A DNA stretch of 64,000 nt, from contig NC_042999.1 in the NCBI RefSeq assembly GCF_006345805.1, forward strand, positions 10,478,001 to 10,542,000, written 5' to 3'. Source of the DNA: Octopus sinensis (lineage: Eukaryota). The position numbers and the translations under genes are program-made. The notes below the pieces were generated by a model. That model saw only the letters and a list, made by a program, of their open reading frames with translations, made no database searches and was not told the DNA's origin. Below, piece after piece: positions 50,885-63,400 of the stretch; the first letter of the stretch is position 1, and each line of letters opens with the position of its first letter.

Positions 50885-52579
50885 CTGGGGGCATGGATAA
50901 GGGTGAATCTGGGGGCAAGGATAAGGGTGAATCTGGGGGCATGGATAAGGGTGAATCTGGGGCATGGATAAGGGTGAATCTGGGGGCATGGAGAGGGGTG
51001 AATCTGGGGGCATGGATAAGGGTGAATCTGGGGGCATGGATAAGGGTGAATCTGGGGGCATGGAGAAGGGTGAATCTGGGGCATGGATAAGGGTGAATCT
51101 GGGGGCATGGATAAGGGTGAATCTGGGAGCATGGATAAGGGTGAATCTGGGGGCATGGATAAGGGTGAATCTGGGGGCATGGAGAAGGGTGAATCTGGGG
51201 CATGGATAAGGGTGAATCTGGAGGCATGGATAGGGTGAATCTGGAGGCATGGATAAGGGTGAATCTGGGGGCATGGAGAAGGTGAATCTGGGGGCATGGA
51301 TAAGGGTGAATCTGGGGGCATGGAGAAGGGTGAATCTGGGGGCATGGAGAAGGGTGAATCTGGGGGCATGGATAAGGGTGAATCTGGAGGCATGGATAAG
51401 GGTGAATCTGGAGGCATGGATAAGGGTGAATCTGGGGGCATGGAGAAGGGTGAATCTGGGGGCATGGATAAGGGTGAATCTGGAGGCATGGATAAGGGTG
51501 AATCTGGGGGCATGGAGAAGGGTGAATCTGGGGGCATGGATAAGGGTGAATCTGGGGGCATGGAGAAGGGTGAATCTGGGGGCATGGATAAGGGTGAATC
51601 TGGAGGCATGGATAAGGGTGAATCTGGAGGCATGGATAAGGGTGAATCTGGGGGCATGGAGAGGGGTGAATCTGGGGGCATGGATAAGGGTGAATCTGGG
51701 GGCATGGAGAAGGGTGAATCTGGGGGCATGGAGAAGGGTGAATCTGGGGCATGGATAAGGTGAATCTGGAGGCATGGATAAGGGTGAATCTGGGGCATGG
51801 ATAAGGGTGAATCTGGAGGCATGGATAAGGGTGAATCTGGGGGCATGGATAAGGGTGAATCTGGGGGCATGGAGAAGGGTGAATCTGGGGGCATGGATAA
51901 GGGTGAATCTGGGGGCATGGATAAGGGTGAATCTGGGGGCATGGATAAGGGTGAATCTGGAGGCATGGATATGGGTGAATCTGGAGGCATGGAGAAGGGT
52001 GAATCTGGGGGCATGGAGAAGGGTGAATCTGGGGGCATGGAGAAGGGTGAATCTGGGGGCATGGATAAGGGTGAATCTGGGGGCATGGATAAGGGTGAAT
52101 CTGGAGGCATGGATAAGGGTGAATCTGGAGGCATGGATAAGGGTGAATCTGGAGGCATGGAGAAGGGTGAATCTGGAGGCATGGATAAGGGTGAATCTGG
52201 GGGCATGGATAAGGGTGAATCTGGGGCATGGATAAGGGTGAATCTGGGGGCATGGAGAAGGGTGAATCTGGGGGCATGGATAAGGGTGAATCTGGGGGCA
52301 TGGATAAGGGTGAATCTGGGGGCATGGAGAAGGGTGAATCTGGGGGCATGGATAAGGGTGAATCTGGGGGCATGGATAAGGGTGAATCTGGGAGCATGGA
52401 TAAGGGTGAATCTGGGGGCATGGATAAGGGTGAATCTGGGGGCATGGATAAGGGTGAATCTGGGGGCATGGATAAGGGTGAATCTGGGGGCATGGATAAG
52501 GGTGAATCTGGGGGCATGGATAAGGGTGAATCTGGGGGCATGGATAAGGGTGAATCTGGGGGCATGGATAAGGATGAAT
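50885..52579. repeat. 24-bp G-rich minisatellite (ggcatggataagggtgaatctggg), ~70 units
   Basis: Directly visible, with ata/aga and ggggg/ggagg variants and occasional 23-bp units; explains the [16 protein letters not shown] ORFs. Confidence 0.97.
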
Positions 52580-54185
52580 TATACCAAAATAGATGCTTGG
52601 TTGGCTGTAGCAGGCTTTCCTAATACCTGAATGTAAATTCAGATTTCACTTGACCCGGGGAATAAGTGAATGTTAAGCCATCTGGCAAGAATCTTAATCT
52701 GAAACTGAGTGTCATATTTCAGAAGAATCATATTTAATAAAATATATAAAACCATTCACCGGTTGATGTTTATCTATATTTCACTTTTTCTTTTTCCAAA
52801 GCAGTTGATGTTTTGTCTATGTTCACCAAAGTATTTCAACAACATCAATCTGTTTTGGAAAAAGAAGTGAAAGAAAAACAACCATCCTAATCGTTTAACG
52901 TCCTTTCTTCCATGCATGCCTGGCTTGGACCAATGTGTGTATTTATAGGTTTTATAAGTATGACTCTTTCCTTGTGAGAAACTGTGTGATTTGGCATAAG
53001 ATTCCAAAGACTGAGTAAAGAAATAACAACTTTAATTTAAATTTAATGGGTTTTTTGAATTAACATTTGAAGAAATATTCTACAATGTCCACCAAAAATC
53101 ATCCTTTTGTTTTTACATCCACTTCTGTGTTTCCATGTCTGCATGGGTTAGATGAATACATTACTGAGGTGTTGGTTTACACCAGGATGCCTTTCTTGAT
53201 GCTAACCCTTAACTGTTTTTCAAGTTAGGAGTTGCTTATTCCACACAGTTTCAAAGGCATGATGGTGAGCAAAGAAGTTGTTTTATTTGACATCTGTTTT
53301 GCCAGCATGGATTGGACAAACAAATATATACTTTTGAGGTATTCATTTCAAGCCAGATGCCCTTCCTCTTGCCGACCCTTAACTGTTTTTCAAGAAAAGG
53401 GATTCTTTGTTGATTCCACTTGAAAAATACAGAACTAGATTATGATTTGTTGATGGGGAATCTTAAGAAATGTCATTGATTTTAGCTCAAAGCTAAATGC
53501 ACGTATACATAGGTGGCACATAAAAAGCACCATCCGATCGTGGCCGTTTGCCAGACTCGTCTGGCACCTGTGCCGGTGGCATGTAAAAAGCACCCACTAC
53601 ACTCATGGAGTGGTTGGCGTTAGGAAGGGCATCCAGCCGTAGAAACATTGCCAGATCAAACTGGGCCTGATGCAGCCTTCTGGCTTCCCAGACCCCTGTT
53701 GAACCGTCCAACCCATGCTAGCATGGAAAGCAGACGCTAAACGATGATCATGATGATGATGATGACATAGGCAGGTGTGTGTGTGTCTGTGTGTCCTTAC
53801 ATCATCACTCATAACAGTCCTTAATTATGCCAATTGCTGACACATATTTCATTAATTAAAGTATTTTAGATCAGGAAGGTCCTTTCAAGGCACAAGCTAT
53901 GAGAGTGACGAGGGTTAGACTTCGTCTCATCAGTATTTAGCTTTTTCTTCTGATATTGGTGAGATTTCAACAATAAAAACAAAATAAATATTGTTTATTG
54001 CTTGACTGCTTCTACCAGGCCACAGTCTTTTAATTTGTTTTCTCCTTGGTAGACTTAGACAAGTAGTGTAATAGATTTGATGCAGAATATATCTCTATGC
54101 CTGTTGCAGGACCCAAACAAAAGACAATATTTTAAATGTGGCAGCATTCTTGGTGTTTCACTTAGATTTTTGGTTTCTTTTGTAG

Positions 54186-54284
54186 CTGCTGAGAAAGAGT
54201 TGTGCAGACATTTTGTTAGAGATTTTGGTCTGTTTCCATGACCAAGGTAACTTACCATACACTGCTTGCTTACAACTTCTTCAA
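54186..54284 (+). CDS. HPS3: HPS3 coding exon 15 (LLRKSCADILLEILVCFHDQGNLPYTACLQLLQ)
   Basis: tttctttgtag-type acceptor, CAA|gtgagt donor, phase 0-0. Confidence 0.8.
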
Positions 54285-55425
54285 GTGAGTATATATACAT
54301 TGTTTCCTTGTAATTGTAGCTGTATGTATAGTTTATATGTTCAGCATTGTTATATAACGATGATTATAATTACGATAATTCTTAGATCCATCCTCAATAT
54401 TTCTTTCTTTCCGTGATTTGGTCGGATCCTTTGAGGCAACAACTTTTCATTTGTTTTGATTGTTTGACATTTCGTCTTTAAAATCTTATTTTCCCAAATG
54501 TTATTTAATTTTAATCAAGTCTTCCTTGGTATACACCTGCTGCAGGTACCTGTTATCACTGACTTGCTTTGGTATTTTTGAAACTTGTCACTTCCCACCC
54601 ATTTCACCTCATCACCTCGTGCATTCCCATCACTATGGTTAACGGTGCTTCACACCAACCAATGTTGTTCTTCTTATTTCTTGTCCTCAACATTATTTCT
54701 CCAAGTCAAATGTTGTGTCCCAGCAGAGACCAAGCATTCTTCGCTTCTCTCGAACCAAGACAGATCATCTGTATTCACTATTTCAGTTTGTCTGTTATAC
54801 AGGGTGCAACAAACCCTCTCAGATTCAACATTCTTGATATACATTTCATCAACAACACCACAGGGGTTCAAACTATGAAAGCAACCAAGAAAAAGTCAGT
54901 AAAATGTCAGCTACACGAAGACACCATTAACATCTGCCTAACTTCAATAGAGTTGCATCAATGTCTGTGTAAAATGGAGGGGGTGTTTCTGCCGCACTTT
55001 GTATCCCTTGAATATCCTCACCCAGCCTCCAACCCTCACAGCTAAATTCAGTATCGCCAGATTCTCTGACAGGCATTCGATTTTAGTCTGACACCTCAAT
55101 GCATCTTTTACCTTCTTCAGTGGAAAAGATTTAAAATGGGGAACTCTCTAAACATGATTGCCTGGGGGTCAGACTTGACAATAGTGTTTGTTAAATTGTT
55201 GATCTAATGAATCCTGTCAGGTATTTGCCAAACCCACCTGGCACCTAGTGACACTTACTAACATCACCTAACACCTTATGACACCTAATCACTTCAACTG
55301 AGGTAAACGGTCTTAAGCCTCAACCAAATTACAACTTGCTCTTCCTTTATTGTAAAAAGCTGCTGAATTAAGTTTGATTTTTCTTAAAACTTTTTCCCCC
55401 TCTTTGTTTTCTCTGTTTTTTTCAG

Positions 55426-55486
55426 GGCGATTATGAAATACACCAAAACACACACATAAAAATGTTTCTGGAAATGTTACTTAAAG
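55426..55486 (+). CDS. HPS3: HPS3 coding exon 16 (GDYEIHQNTHIKMFLEMLLK)
   Basis: Long pyrimidine tract + ttcag, G|gtaagc donor, phase 0-1; aligns to LLVDFWEAQL. Confidence 0.8.
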
Positions 55487-57058
55487 GTAAGCATAAAATT
55501 TGATCTTTAATTTGCTGAAAAGAAAACCCACAATCACCAAGTTTTTATGATTATTTTGTATGATTGGGGTGGGATGGGTGGGTGGTCAGAGGTAAAGAGA
55601 TGGTCATTCACAAAAATAGGAACACATCATCATTATTGATTTGATGTCCACTTTCCCATGCCTGCATGGATCAGATGACATTTGTGGAGGCAGGTTTTCT
55701 GTGACTGGATGCTCTTGCTGTCACCAAGCCTTACCTGTTTCTTCAGGTTCTTTGATCACAAATACAAATGACCAGACCTGTTTCTTGGAATCTTGCAAAT
55801 AATGGGGACACTTGTTTACAACCAGCACTTAATCTCAAGACAATGTTACACACAGACACACAGACACACACATACACACATCTGTATTGTTTATGAATTG
55901 AAGAGATGGAGGTGCTTTTTTATGTTGGTATAGGTAGACAGACAGACAGACAGACAGGTTCTTTCATTTTCCACCTACTAAATTCACTCATAAAGCTGTG
56001 GCCAACCTGGAGCTATAGTAGAAGAGATCTTCCCGAAGGGCTTCATGGTGAGGCTGAACCTGAACCCATGAGGTTGGGCTGTTCACATGTTTATTTAAAA
56101 GAATATTTTCTTAGATTGACAAATATCGTAACCCATTTAAATATGTCAGACATGATTGGCTTAGAAAACGTTGATTAAGGAATGGTGTCACCATTTAGCA
56201 AGACTGGTAAATACAAGCTTTGGCATAAAACCCTCTCTGATTCTCTATTCTTTATAAACATTTCAGCACTAAACACACAGTGTACACTGGTTCAAGCCAT
56301 GATGGCAACAGAAAGAAACGGTAAAACATTAGCTTCTCGAAAACACCATTCCGCTTTCCCTAACTTCATTAGAATTACATTAACGACCGTCTAAAACAAG
56401 GGAGGTTTTTCTGCCGCACCTTCAATTATTTACTACTTGTAAGACACATTAACCTCTTTTTCATCGTCTAAGATAACTGCCTGAGCATAACTTTTGTTCT
56501 TAGATAATTAGCACCTAGATATTGAAAATAACAGGTGAAAATATGTCTGCCTTTGTACTTAATTAGTATTAATTACCTTGACATTCTTCCTATCAGTTGC
56601 TACTTGCTGAAATAGTTGGTTTATACCTGTAAGAAGATACACTTTGGGAAGAGAAGAACTGTATTCGCTGTCAGTAATTTTACTTTTGCTCTGAGTTACA
56701 TCACCACCACTACCACGACCACCACCACTGCTGCTACTACTATACACTATAAGTGTAGTATACTGGTTTTTGTTGTTGTTAATTTCCTTCATTGGCAGAA
56801 AGTTCCTTCCTAAGAATGAGTTGTTCCAAAGAGGGAAGCCATTTCGCAGCATTCCCATGTCCAACCATTTCAGGTGGTATGATGGTTTACTGGAGAATTG
56901 AACCTCATTCTCCAACGATGATAAAACTGGTGCACTTTTTATCTTTGCTGCTGGGCAGCTCCTCATCCCTGACGTCTCAACTTTTAAATCAGCTTATTTA
57001 CAGATCTTTTCTACTTCCTCATCCACAATATTTACTACTACTACTACTACTACTCTTA

Positions 57059-57364
57059 TTACCTCTGCCTTAGCGAAGGCAGAGGTATTGTTTTCAGTTG
57101 TCTTTGTTTGTTTGTCCGTGGACAAGATATCTCAAGAACCGATGGATTGATTCAGATGAAACTTTCAGGATGTTTGGCCTCATGACTGGCACGAATTGAT
57201 TAGATTTGGGAATTGATCTGGTACCGGACAAAGATTCTGGATTATTTAATTTTCAGGAGCAATCGGGTTCATTTTTAGTATTCTCATTTTAAAAATCATC
57301 TCTGGCTAATCGTTGAGAGGTTGTTGATGTTGCCTTGGTGGAGGTTTGCACTCTCTGAGTGCTC

Positions 57365-57368
<4 letters not shown>
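57059..57368 (+). mobile_element. Helentron-associated interspersed element (HINE/DINE-1-like)
   Basis: 5' palindrome acctctgccttagcgaaggcagaggt, (GTTT)n microsatellite, 3' sub-terminal ggtggaggt and terminal hairpin gcactctctgagtgc. Confidence 0.8.
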
Positions 57369-57397
<29 letters not shown>

Positions 57398-57544
57398 GGG
57401 TGGTGAGCTGGCAAATTTGTTAACATTCTGGGCAAAATGTTTAGTAGCATTTTATCTGTCTTTACATTCTGAGTTCAAATTCTGCCAAGGTCGACTTTGC
57501 CTTTCTTCCTTTTGTGTTCAATAAATTAAGTGCCCTGCCCAAAT

Positions 57545-57860
57545 CAAGATCACAACATATAGGTACACTGCAGCACAATTTCTTTTCCTCAACAGGCCCT
57601 GCCCTATTTAACATTGTCCCGAAACAGATCAAAGAGAAAAAGGATTCCTTCACTTTTTAAATGGAATCTGGACAAATTTCTTCAGGGAATGCCAAATAAG
57701 TCACCCATACCAGGATACAACTCACTCAGCAAGAACTTGAATGGACCATGATACCACGAAACTTGACTTAAAAAGGATTTAGATAATCCTATCAAGCTGT
57801 GCCATTAAGCTAGCCATGGCCCCTCGACCAATCTTTGATCAAAACATCTAAATTTTATTT
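57545..57860 (+). mobile_element. Second CR1-like family, ORF2 C-terminal relic
   Basis: Degenerate HNFFSSTGPALFNIVPKQIK / KWNLDKFLQGMPNKSPIPGY resembles the CR1 GP.LFN.LP...FK..LD.FL..IPD.P motif. Confidence 0.55.
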
Positions 57861-59352
57861 AAGTTTTACCAGTGAAACATTGGGTGGGGTTGCCTGTTCC
57901 CCTTCCCTGCCAAGACTTCAGGCATTATGCCTTTAGTAGCAAGCATTATTAGCAATAGTAGTGGTAGCAGCATGGCTATTAAGTGCTACTTTAGTGAGCA
58001 GGGATGTTGTTTTGAGGCTTAGGGGTTGTGTTGAGTGCACCACTTACCATAATTGTCCCCTTTTTTGGTGTTTTATCGAAGTCCTGGGGCTCTGCCTTTC
58101 TAGATTTGGCTGCAATGGTTCTTTTCACCATTTTCCCATTGTTTTCTTTCATCGAATTTTCTGTTCTGTAATTGTTGTTGTTGTTTAACTCCTGTTATGG
58201 TTGAGTAGACTTATAATAATGAGACAGTCTAACTGTGACCATCCCCAAAACTGTTTTGTCCAATGTCTTGTGTGTGTGTATGTGTGTCAGCCACATGATT
58301 TTGAGTTCCGTCCCACTGCATGGCACCTTGGACAAGTGTCTTCGATTATAACCCCGAGTTGACCAAAACCATGTGACTGGATTTGGTAGACAGAAACTGA
58401 AAATCCATTTATATATATATATATACATACACACACACACACACAGAGCATATTATGCTTTACATACACTTGGTAATGTAATTTCAATGCAATAAAAAAC
58501 ACTTGTGCATTAATAACTGGGTATTCTACCAGCAGTGTATTGGATAGATATTATCCCTTAGTTGGTTGGATTCACAACCTCTAACTTTCTTGGAATAAAT
58601 ATATATATAAGAGAGTGAGAGTTGTCCAATTTTTTTGGGGGGGCAATTGGACCCCAGGGTTTGCAGCCAATGCTTCAAGGTTGGAGCTGGGTAATGTGTT
58701 GCTGCAGATCCCAGACTAGAGATCTGCTTTCCTCAAATGGGAAGAGGGTTATCATCTCATCAGGGTACTTCCCATCTCCATCATCAAGACCTGCTGGCTC
58801 GTGTTGAGACAGGAAGCCAGCCATGTCAGGGTCTCTTCTGGTTATGCTATATTCAGAGTGGCATGGCAGGGGAATCGACCTGCACTAAAGCACTAAAAGA
58901 TGCAGGCCGAATTCAGTTTCTACTGCTTTGCCGCAACATTTGTGCAGGTCACACACACACAGAGGCCAAGTTGTTGGACCACAGAGCAGAGGAATAGAGC
59001 TTCTAGCAAATAAAGTCATTTCACTTCACCAATATTTCTAAGGACAACCCTAAGATGTTGCACATTATCAAATTACAGATTTCTTTACGAAACAGACAAA
59101 ACAGATCAAAAAAAGGAAAAAAAAAGAATTGCATGAGAGGAAAATAAAAACAAATTTATTTCTTAAGTAGTCACAAGATTTGAGATTTCAGGAAATGGGA
59201 TTGTTTGGTTTCCCTCACAGTGTTAATGCCATTAGTAAAAAAAAAACTCATCTATATATATATATCATCATCATCATCATCATCATTTGGTGATGCAAAC
59301 AGGAAAAATAGAACTCAAAATATGAGCATATGTATGTTTTTATTAATATTAT

Positions 59353-59765
59353 AGGCATAGGAGTGGCTGTGTGGTAAGTAGCTTGCTTACCAACCACATG
59401 GTTCCGGGTTCAGTCCCACTGCATGGCACCTTGGGCAAGTGTCTTCTACTATAGCCTCGGGCCGACCAAAGCCTTATGAGTGGGTTTGGTAGACAGAAAC
59501 TGAAAGAAGCCCGTCGTGTGTATGTATATATATGTATATATGTGTGTGTGTGTATGTTTGTGTGTCTATGTTTGTCCCCCCAACATCGCTTGACAACCGA
59601 TGCTGGTGTGTTTACGTACCCGTAACTTAGCAGTTCGGCAAAATAGACCGATAGAATAAGTACTAAACTTACAAAGAATAAGTCCTGGGGTCGATTTGCT
59701 CAACTAAAGGTGGTACTCCAGCATGGCCGCAGTCAAATGACTGAAACAAGTAAAAGAATGAAAGA
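59353..59765 (+). mobile_element. Full-length tRNA-derived CORE-type SINE (octopus OR-like). Other copies ~10566-10720, 39236-39390, 48996-49335, 49353-49710, 58280-58410
   Basis: A box tggctgtgtggtaag, B box ggttcagtccc, CORE-like ggcaccttgggcaagtgtc, internal (TA/TG)n, A-rich tail. Confidence 0.85.
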
Positions 59766-60164
59766 ATTTAGCAGAAGTAAGAGAGTGACTTCAATGCACG
59801 GAACTCTTCGACCCTCAGCCACTCCGTTGCTTCCGTTGGATCTGTTTACCAATTTTATAACTCTAAGCATTTATATCTCTTTGAAAAAAAAAATGAATTC
59901 TTCTTCCTTTTCTTTCTCCTCCTCATTTTATTTATTATTATTATTATTTTGGGGGGTCAATAAAAGTAGTAGTTAAGTAGGGGATTCAATGTAATTGAGT
60001 GGCCCCTGCCCTTGTGCTAAAAATGATTAAGGCAGCAATCTGGCAGAATCCTTGAGATGCTCAGCAACACTGGGGTCGATGTAATCAACTTACGAATCCC
60101 CCAAAATTGCTGGCCTTGTGCCAAAATTGGAAACCGTTAATATTGTTGTTGTTATTTTTTCCAG

Positions 60165-60199
60165 ATAAGAAGAGAATGGATATTTTCCCAGAAATCTCA
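60165..60199 (+). CDS. HPS3: HPS3 coding exon 17, 35-nt micro-exon (DKKRMDIFPEIS)
   Basis: tttttccag acceptor, TCA|gtaagt donor; the only candidate I found that converts phase 1 to phase 0 with the expected ~12 residues. Confidence 0.72.
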
Positions 60200-60957
60200 G
60201 TAAGTCCAGACTTTCCTTTCTTCGTCCTCTTCCATCCACCACAAATAAGAGAACCATGGACTTTTCCCAATGGAAGAAACTAGAATGTTCTTGAATTAAA
60301 ATGTTTTAAGAGATGGAATGGCAGGTTTTTCACAAAACCACTTTTATAAAACCCTTCCTCTAACTTGTGTTTCTCTTTCTCTGTTGGTGTTGATATAACT
60401 AGCGCCATCTAAGTTGGGTCAGCATGAAAAAAAAAATGTAAAAAAAAAGAGCAAAAACAATGGTTTGTGGAGAGGGGGAGGGGGGACGTGATTTTGGTAA
60501 TTCTGCTACAAACCTAATTCAATGCCACAACCTGAGAATTACTAAAGAATTTCTTCAATGTTGCTGCTTTATTTCTTTTTTTTTGTTTTGCTTGTTGCGA
60601 AAGCCCTGTAAGAGATGGAATCGGTTGATTTGAATTTAAGGGCCGGACAGCTTATCATTGTGCTTATAAAAATTAATTTAAACTAATAAAATTTTCCACC
60701 CATAGAATAAAGTTAATTAGGCTCACATCTAATCCCCAACAAGGGCTGGGTACTGGATTTGTGTGGCCTCTTCGGCTGAAATTTTAAAGCAGATATCTTG
60801 TTTATAATGGTGAAATTATCTAAACAGTATTTTGGTTGACGACCAAATATAATTGAGATATTCTGGGTCATAACAAAATATTTAACCCTTTTTTTTTTTC
60901 TTTTTATCGTGAGTGAAAAGAAAATATTTAATATAATTCTTTTAATTTTTATTTTAG

Positions 60958-61050
60958 TACCAACTTGTAAATATTTATCTGCAGAGGCTTCTTCAGTGGA
61001 GGCCACCAATAAAACAGTCCATAACTGGAAGTCCCTCCAGCCAACCTTTG
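60958..61050 (+). CDS. HPS3: HPS3 coding exon 18 (YQLVNIYLQRLLQWRPPIKQSITGSPSSQPL)
   Basis: attttag acceptor, TTG|gtatgt donor, phase 0-0; aligns to KLTSQYIWRLSKRQPP. Confidence 0.8.
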
Positions 61051-61989
61051 GTATGTAAACAATAAAATCTTATACAGATATATGTAAACAGAGATATTGC
61101 TTTTAAAGGAGAATTTGTTTTTTCTAATTTCACAAAGTTAAGATTTTGAGTTTGACAATTATAAAAAATGAATCACAATTAAAAGAAATTAAATTATATA
61201 CAATTTGTTTTTTTTGTCAACTGTGCTGCAAAATCAAACTTTTGTGAGATTTTATAAATAACAGAATGTTTTTCTTTTAAGATCTTTCACTTCAACAGAG
61301 CAGCCGAAGAAAGTTTAAAATGGCAACTGTCTGATTCCTGATTACTTAGTCTTCGTTAGCTAAGTCTTGAAACAAGAATAGTCTTCGTAGCTCGTTTTTA
61401 TTTATGATTGCTACAAAATATAATTGTTGATTAATTATGTGATTGAGCTTTAAGATAATGTCGAATGTTACAGTCTTTCACTTGCAGGGGTCACTTTCAT
61501 CTCCTGTTTAATAATGAAGCAGATAGAAGAGAAAGTGGTTTTAAAATAGACGACCCCAAACTATAGACTTTATTCTTAATTACAATATGTTCCAATAAAA
61601 CTATATAAAACAATAGATTATGTGCTTCGTTATATATCCAAAAAGGCTTTGGTGATGTCTAATTTTAATTGGGATATGCATCCTTTTGGGTGTATATGAA
61701 TGATTTGAACAAGTGAATTGTTGGCTGATGTTGACCAACCTCAGCAACGTTGGAATAGATCTTTGGTAAAGAAGTTTCCTCAGCAAACACACAAACTACT
61801 TCTGGTTGTTCTCCATTCAGGTAGGACTAAACTACAAACCCCAAAACATTGGTTCGCAGTTTCGTTCCGTCTCTGTTCACTTTGATAGGACTAAAATGAG
61901 ACGTTGAGATATTTCAGGACTAAAATGAGACGTTGAGATATTTCTTTCACAAATCTAATTTCAAGATTTCTGTTTCTCTTTTCTCTCAG

Positions 61990-62166
61990 ATTCAGGAGGT
62001 TGGTCATTTTGCTTGTCGCTATCCTTGGTTAGATCTTCTTCCACCATTTCAAGGGATCAAATCTTACAGGACTGCCTGTCATTACTTCCGTTCACCTTCT
62101 GCGACCCCTGTTCAGCCTTTCATTTGTCCTTGCTACTTTTGTAATGAAGACTTATTAAAACTTCAG
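61990..62166 (+). CDS. HPS3: HPS3 coding exon 19 (IQEVGHFACRYPWL...CNEDLLKLQ)
   Basis: ctctcag acceptor, CAG|gtaagt donor; matches HYGLIYPWV...EDLSKLQ; the protein continues beyond the window. Confidence 0.88.
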
Positions 62167-62615
62167 GTAAGTTAGTTTCTTTATTATTCTGTTCAACAGA
62201 TTTACATCAACATTTCCTATAAATTCTAGAAAGCAAATTACCATTTTAATGCTAAATTGATCAATTTGGTAGGTTCTTAGAAAGCAAAATTATTTACCAG
62301 AAACAAAGCAAAAAAAATGAATGAATTGGGTTCTTTTTTCCCCTGATTGCAACAACTCAACTAATATTGATTGATTAAAACAATTACGTCTTAGTAAATC
62401 ACCTGCATCACTATTTTGATGTCCACTTTTCCATGCTGGCATGAGTCGGACAGGATTTTCTATGGCCGGATTCTCTTCGCGTCCTCAACTCTTTCCTCTT
62501 TCTACCCAAGGGAATATTTCTCCATGGCCTGACATGTTTTTCACAGAAGACTGCAAACAAACTTTATTGCTTATTTGACAGTGATGATAGTTTCAAATCC
62601 TCATCTATTGCAAAG

Positions 62616-62657
<42 letters not shown>

Positions 62658-62896
62658 TTCCTATCATTCAGAAGAGTGGATACTTGAAATATAAAAAAAA
62701 AACATTTCCTTTCGTTTTTTACTCATTTACTAAGTATTAACCTAATACACACTGTTTGTTCTTTTTTAACTTGTCTTTGTATTATACTTTTGCACTGTGT
62801 ATATATTATATATATACATCTTCATATATATATATATAATGTACTGTCCCATGATACTAAGATCAACAAAAAAAGGACTCCATCTGATTTGTTGTT

Positions 62897-62953
62897 TGTG
62901 CCTGATGAATATGTTTGAGATATTTCTCAACATATGAAGCTATTAGTAGCACA
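62897..62953 (+). ncRNA. Type-I hammerhead motif with one core substitution (GAAG)
   Basis: tgtgc-CTGATGA-atatgtt(t)gaga[tatt]tctcaacatat-GAAG-ctatta-GTA-gcaca: 5-bp stem I, 11-bp stem II. Confidence 0.7.
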
Positions 62954-63357
62954 TAAAGACATGTATTGTGTCTATTAAGTAATTATATATATGTGTGTGT
63001 GTGTGTGTGTGTGAATAAAAGAAGGGTAAAAATACTGCTTGCCAAAGATGAAAGCTTCAAAAACCACCAATCCTACGATAAATACACACACGAGCAACAA
63101 CGCAATGAATATCTTAAAAAATAGGCCTACCTTCAGGATGGGATAGGACGGCAGTGAATACCCACCCCAATGTCAATTGATTTCATGCTGTGTATGAGAA
63201 ACCATGCTTTGCAATCATCAGTTGGCAAGAGTATTTAACATCTATTTCTAAAATATTTATTATGTCAACTCATGTGAGTTTCTAACTTTAAATGTCCTGC
63301 TCTGTTTAAAGAGAAAACTATCCTAAACAATTTACTTTTTTACTGTTTACCCTTCTT

Positions 63358-63400
<43 letters not shown>

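Larger units (their letters stand above)
3668..62166 (+). other. HPS3: HPS3 (BLOC-2 complex member) gene span, 19 coding exons visible, 3' end outside window
   Basis: Hand-spliced exons join in frame via GT-AG introns into 947 codons without a stop. Blocks are colinear with my recollection of human HPS3 (e.g. LAYSEKDDYLATLE ~ LAYSEAGDYLVAIE; ESCQKLGDFY ~ ESCGHLGDCY; LPYYNMAG ~ LPYYKMSG; EDLLKLQ ~ EDLSKLQ). Not database-verified. Confidence 0.93.

Noticed and set aside
50668-52630. Long ORFs (512, 588, 357, 277 aa) of [16 protein letters not shown] repeats
   Set aside because: By-products of a stop-free 24-bp minisatellite; 23-bp units shift the frame freely, which argues against coding constraint.
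56792-57073. 93-aa ORF after an AG as a possible HPS3 exon
   Set aside because: No similarity to the expected HPS3 segment; the 35-nt exon at 60165 fills the gap with the right length and phase.
59353-59425. tRNA-like A and B boxes
   Set aside because: SINE heads, not tRNA genes: they continue into CORE and tail sequence and lack a full cloverleaf.
61888-61944. 29-bp perfect tandem duplication near the exon 19 acceptor (similar small duplications at ~19557-19612 and ~25469-25516)
   Set aside because: Ordinary local slippage duplications with no evidence of function.
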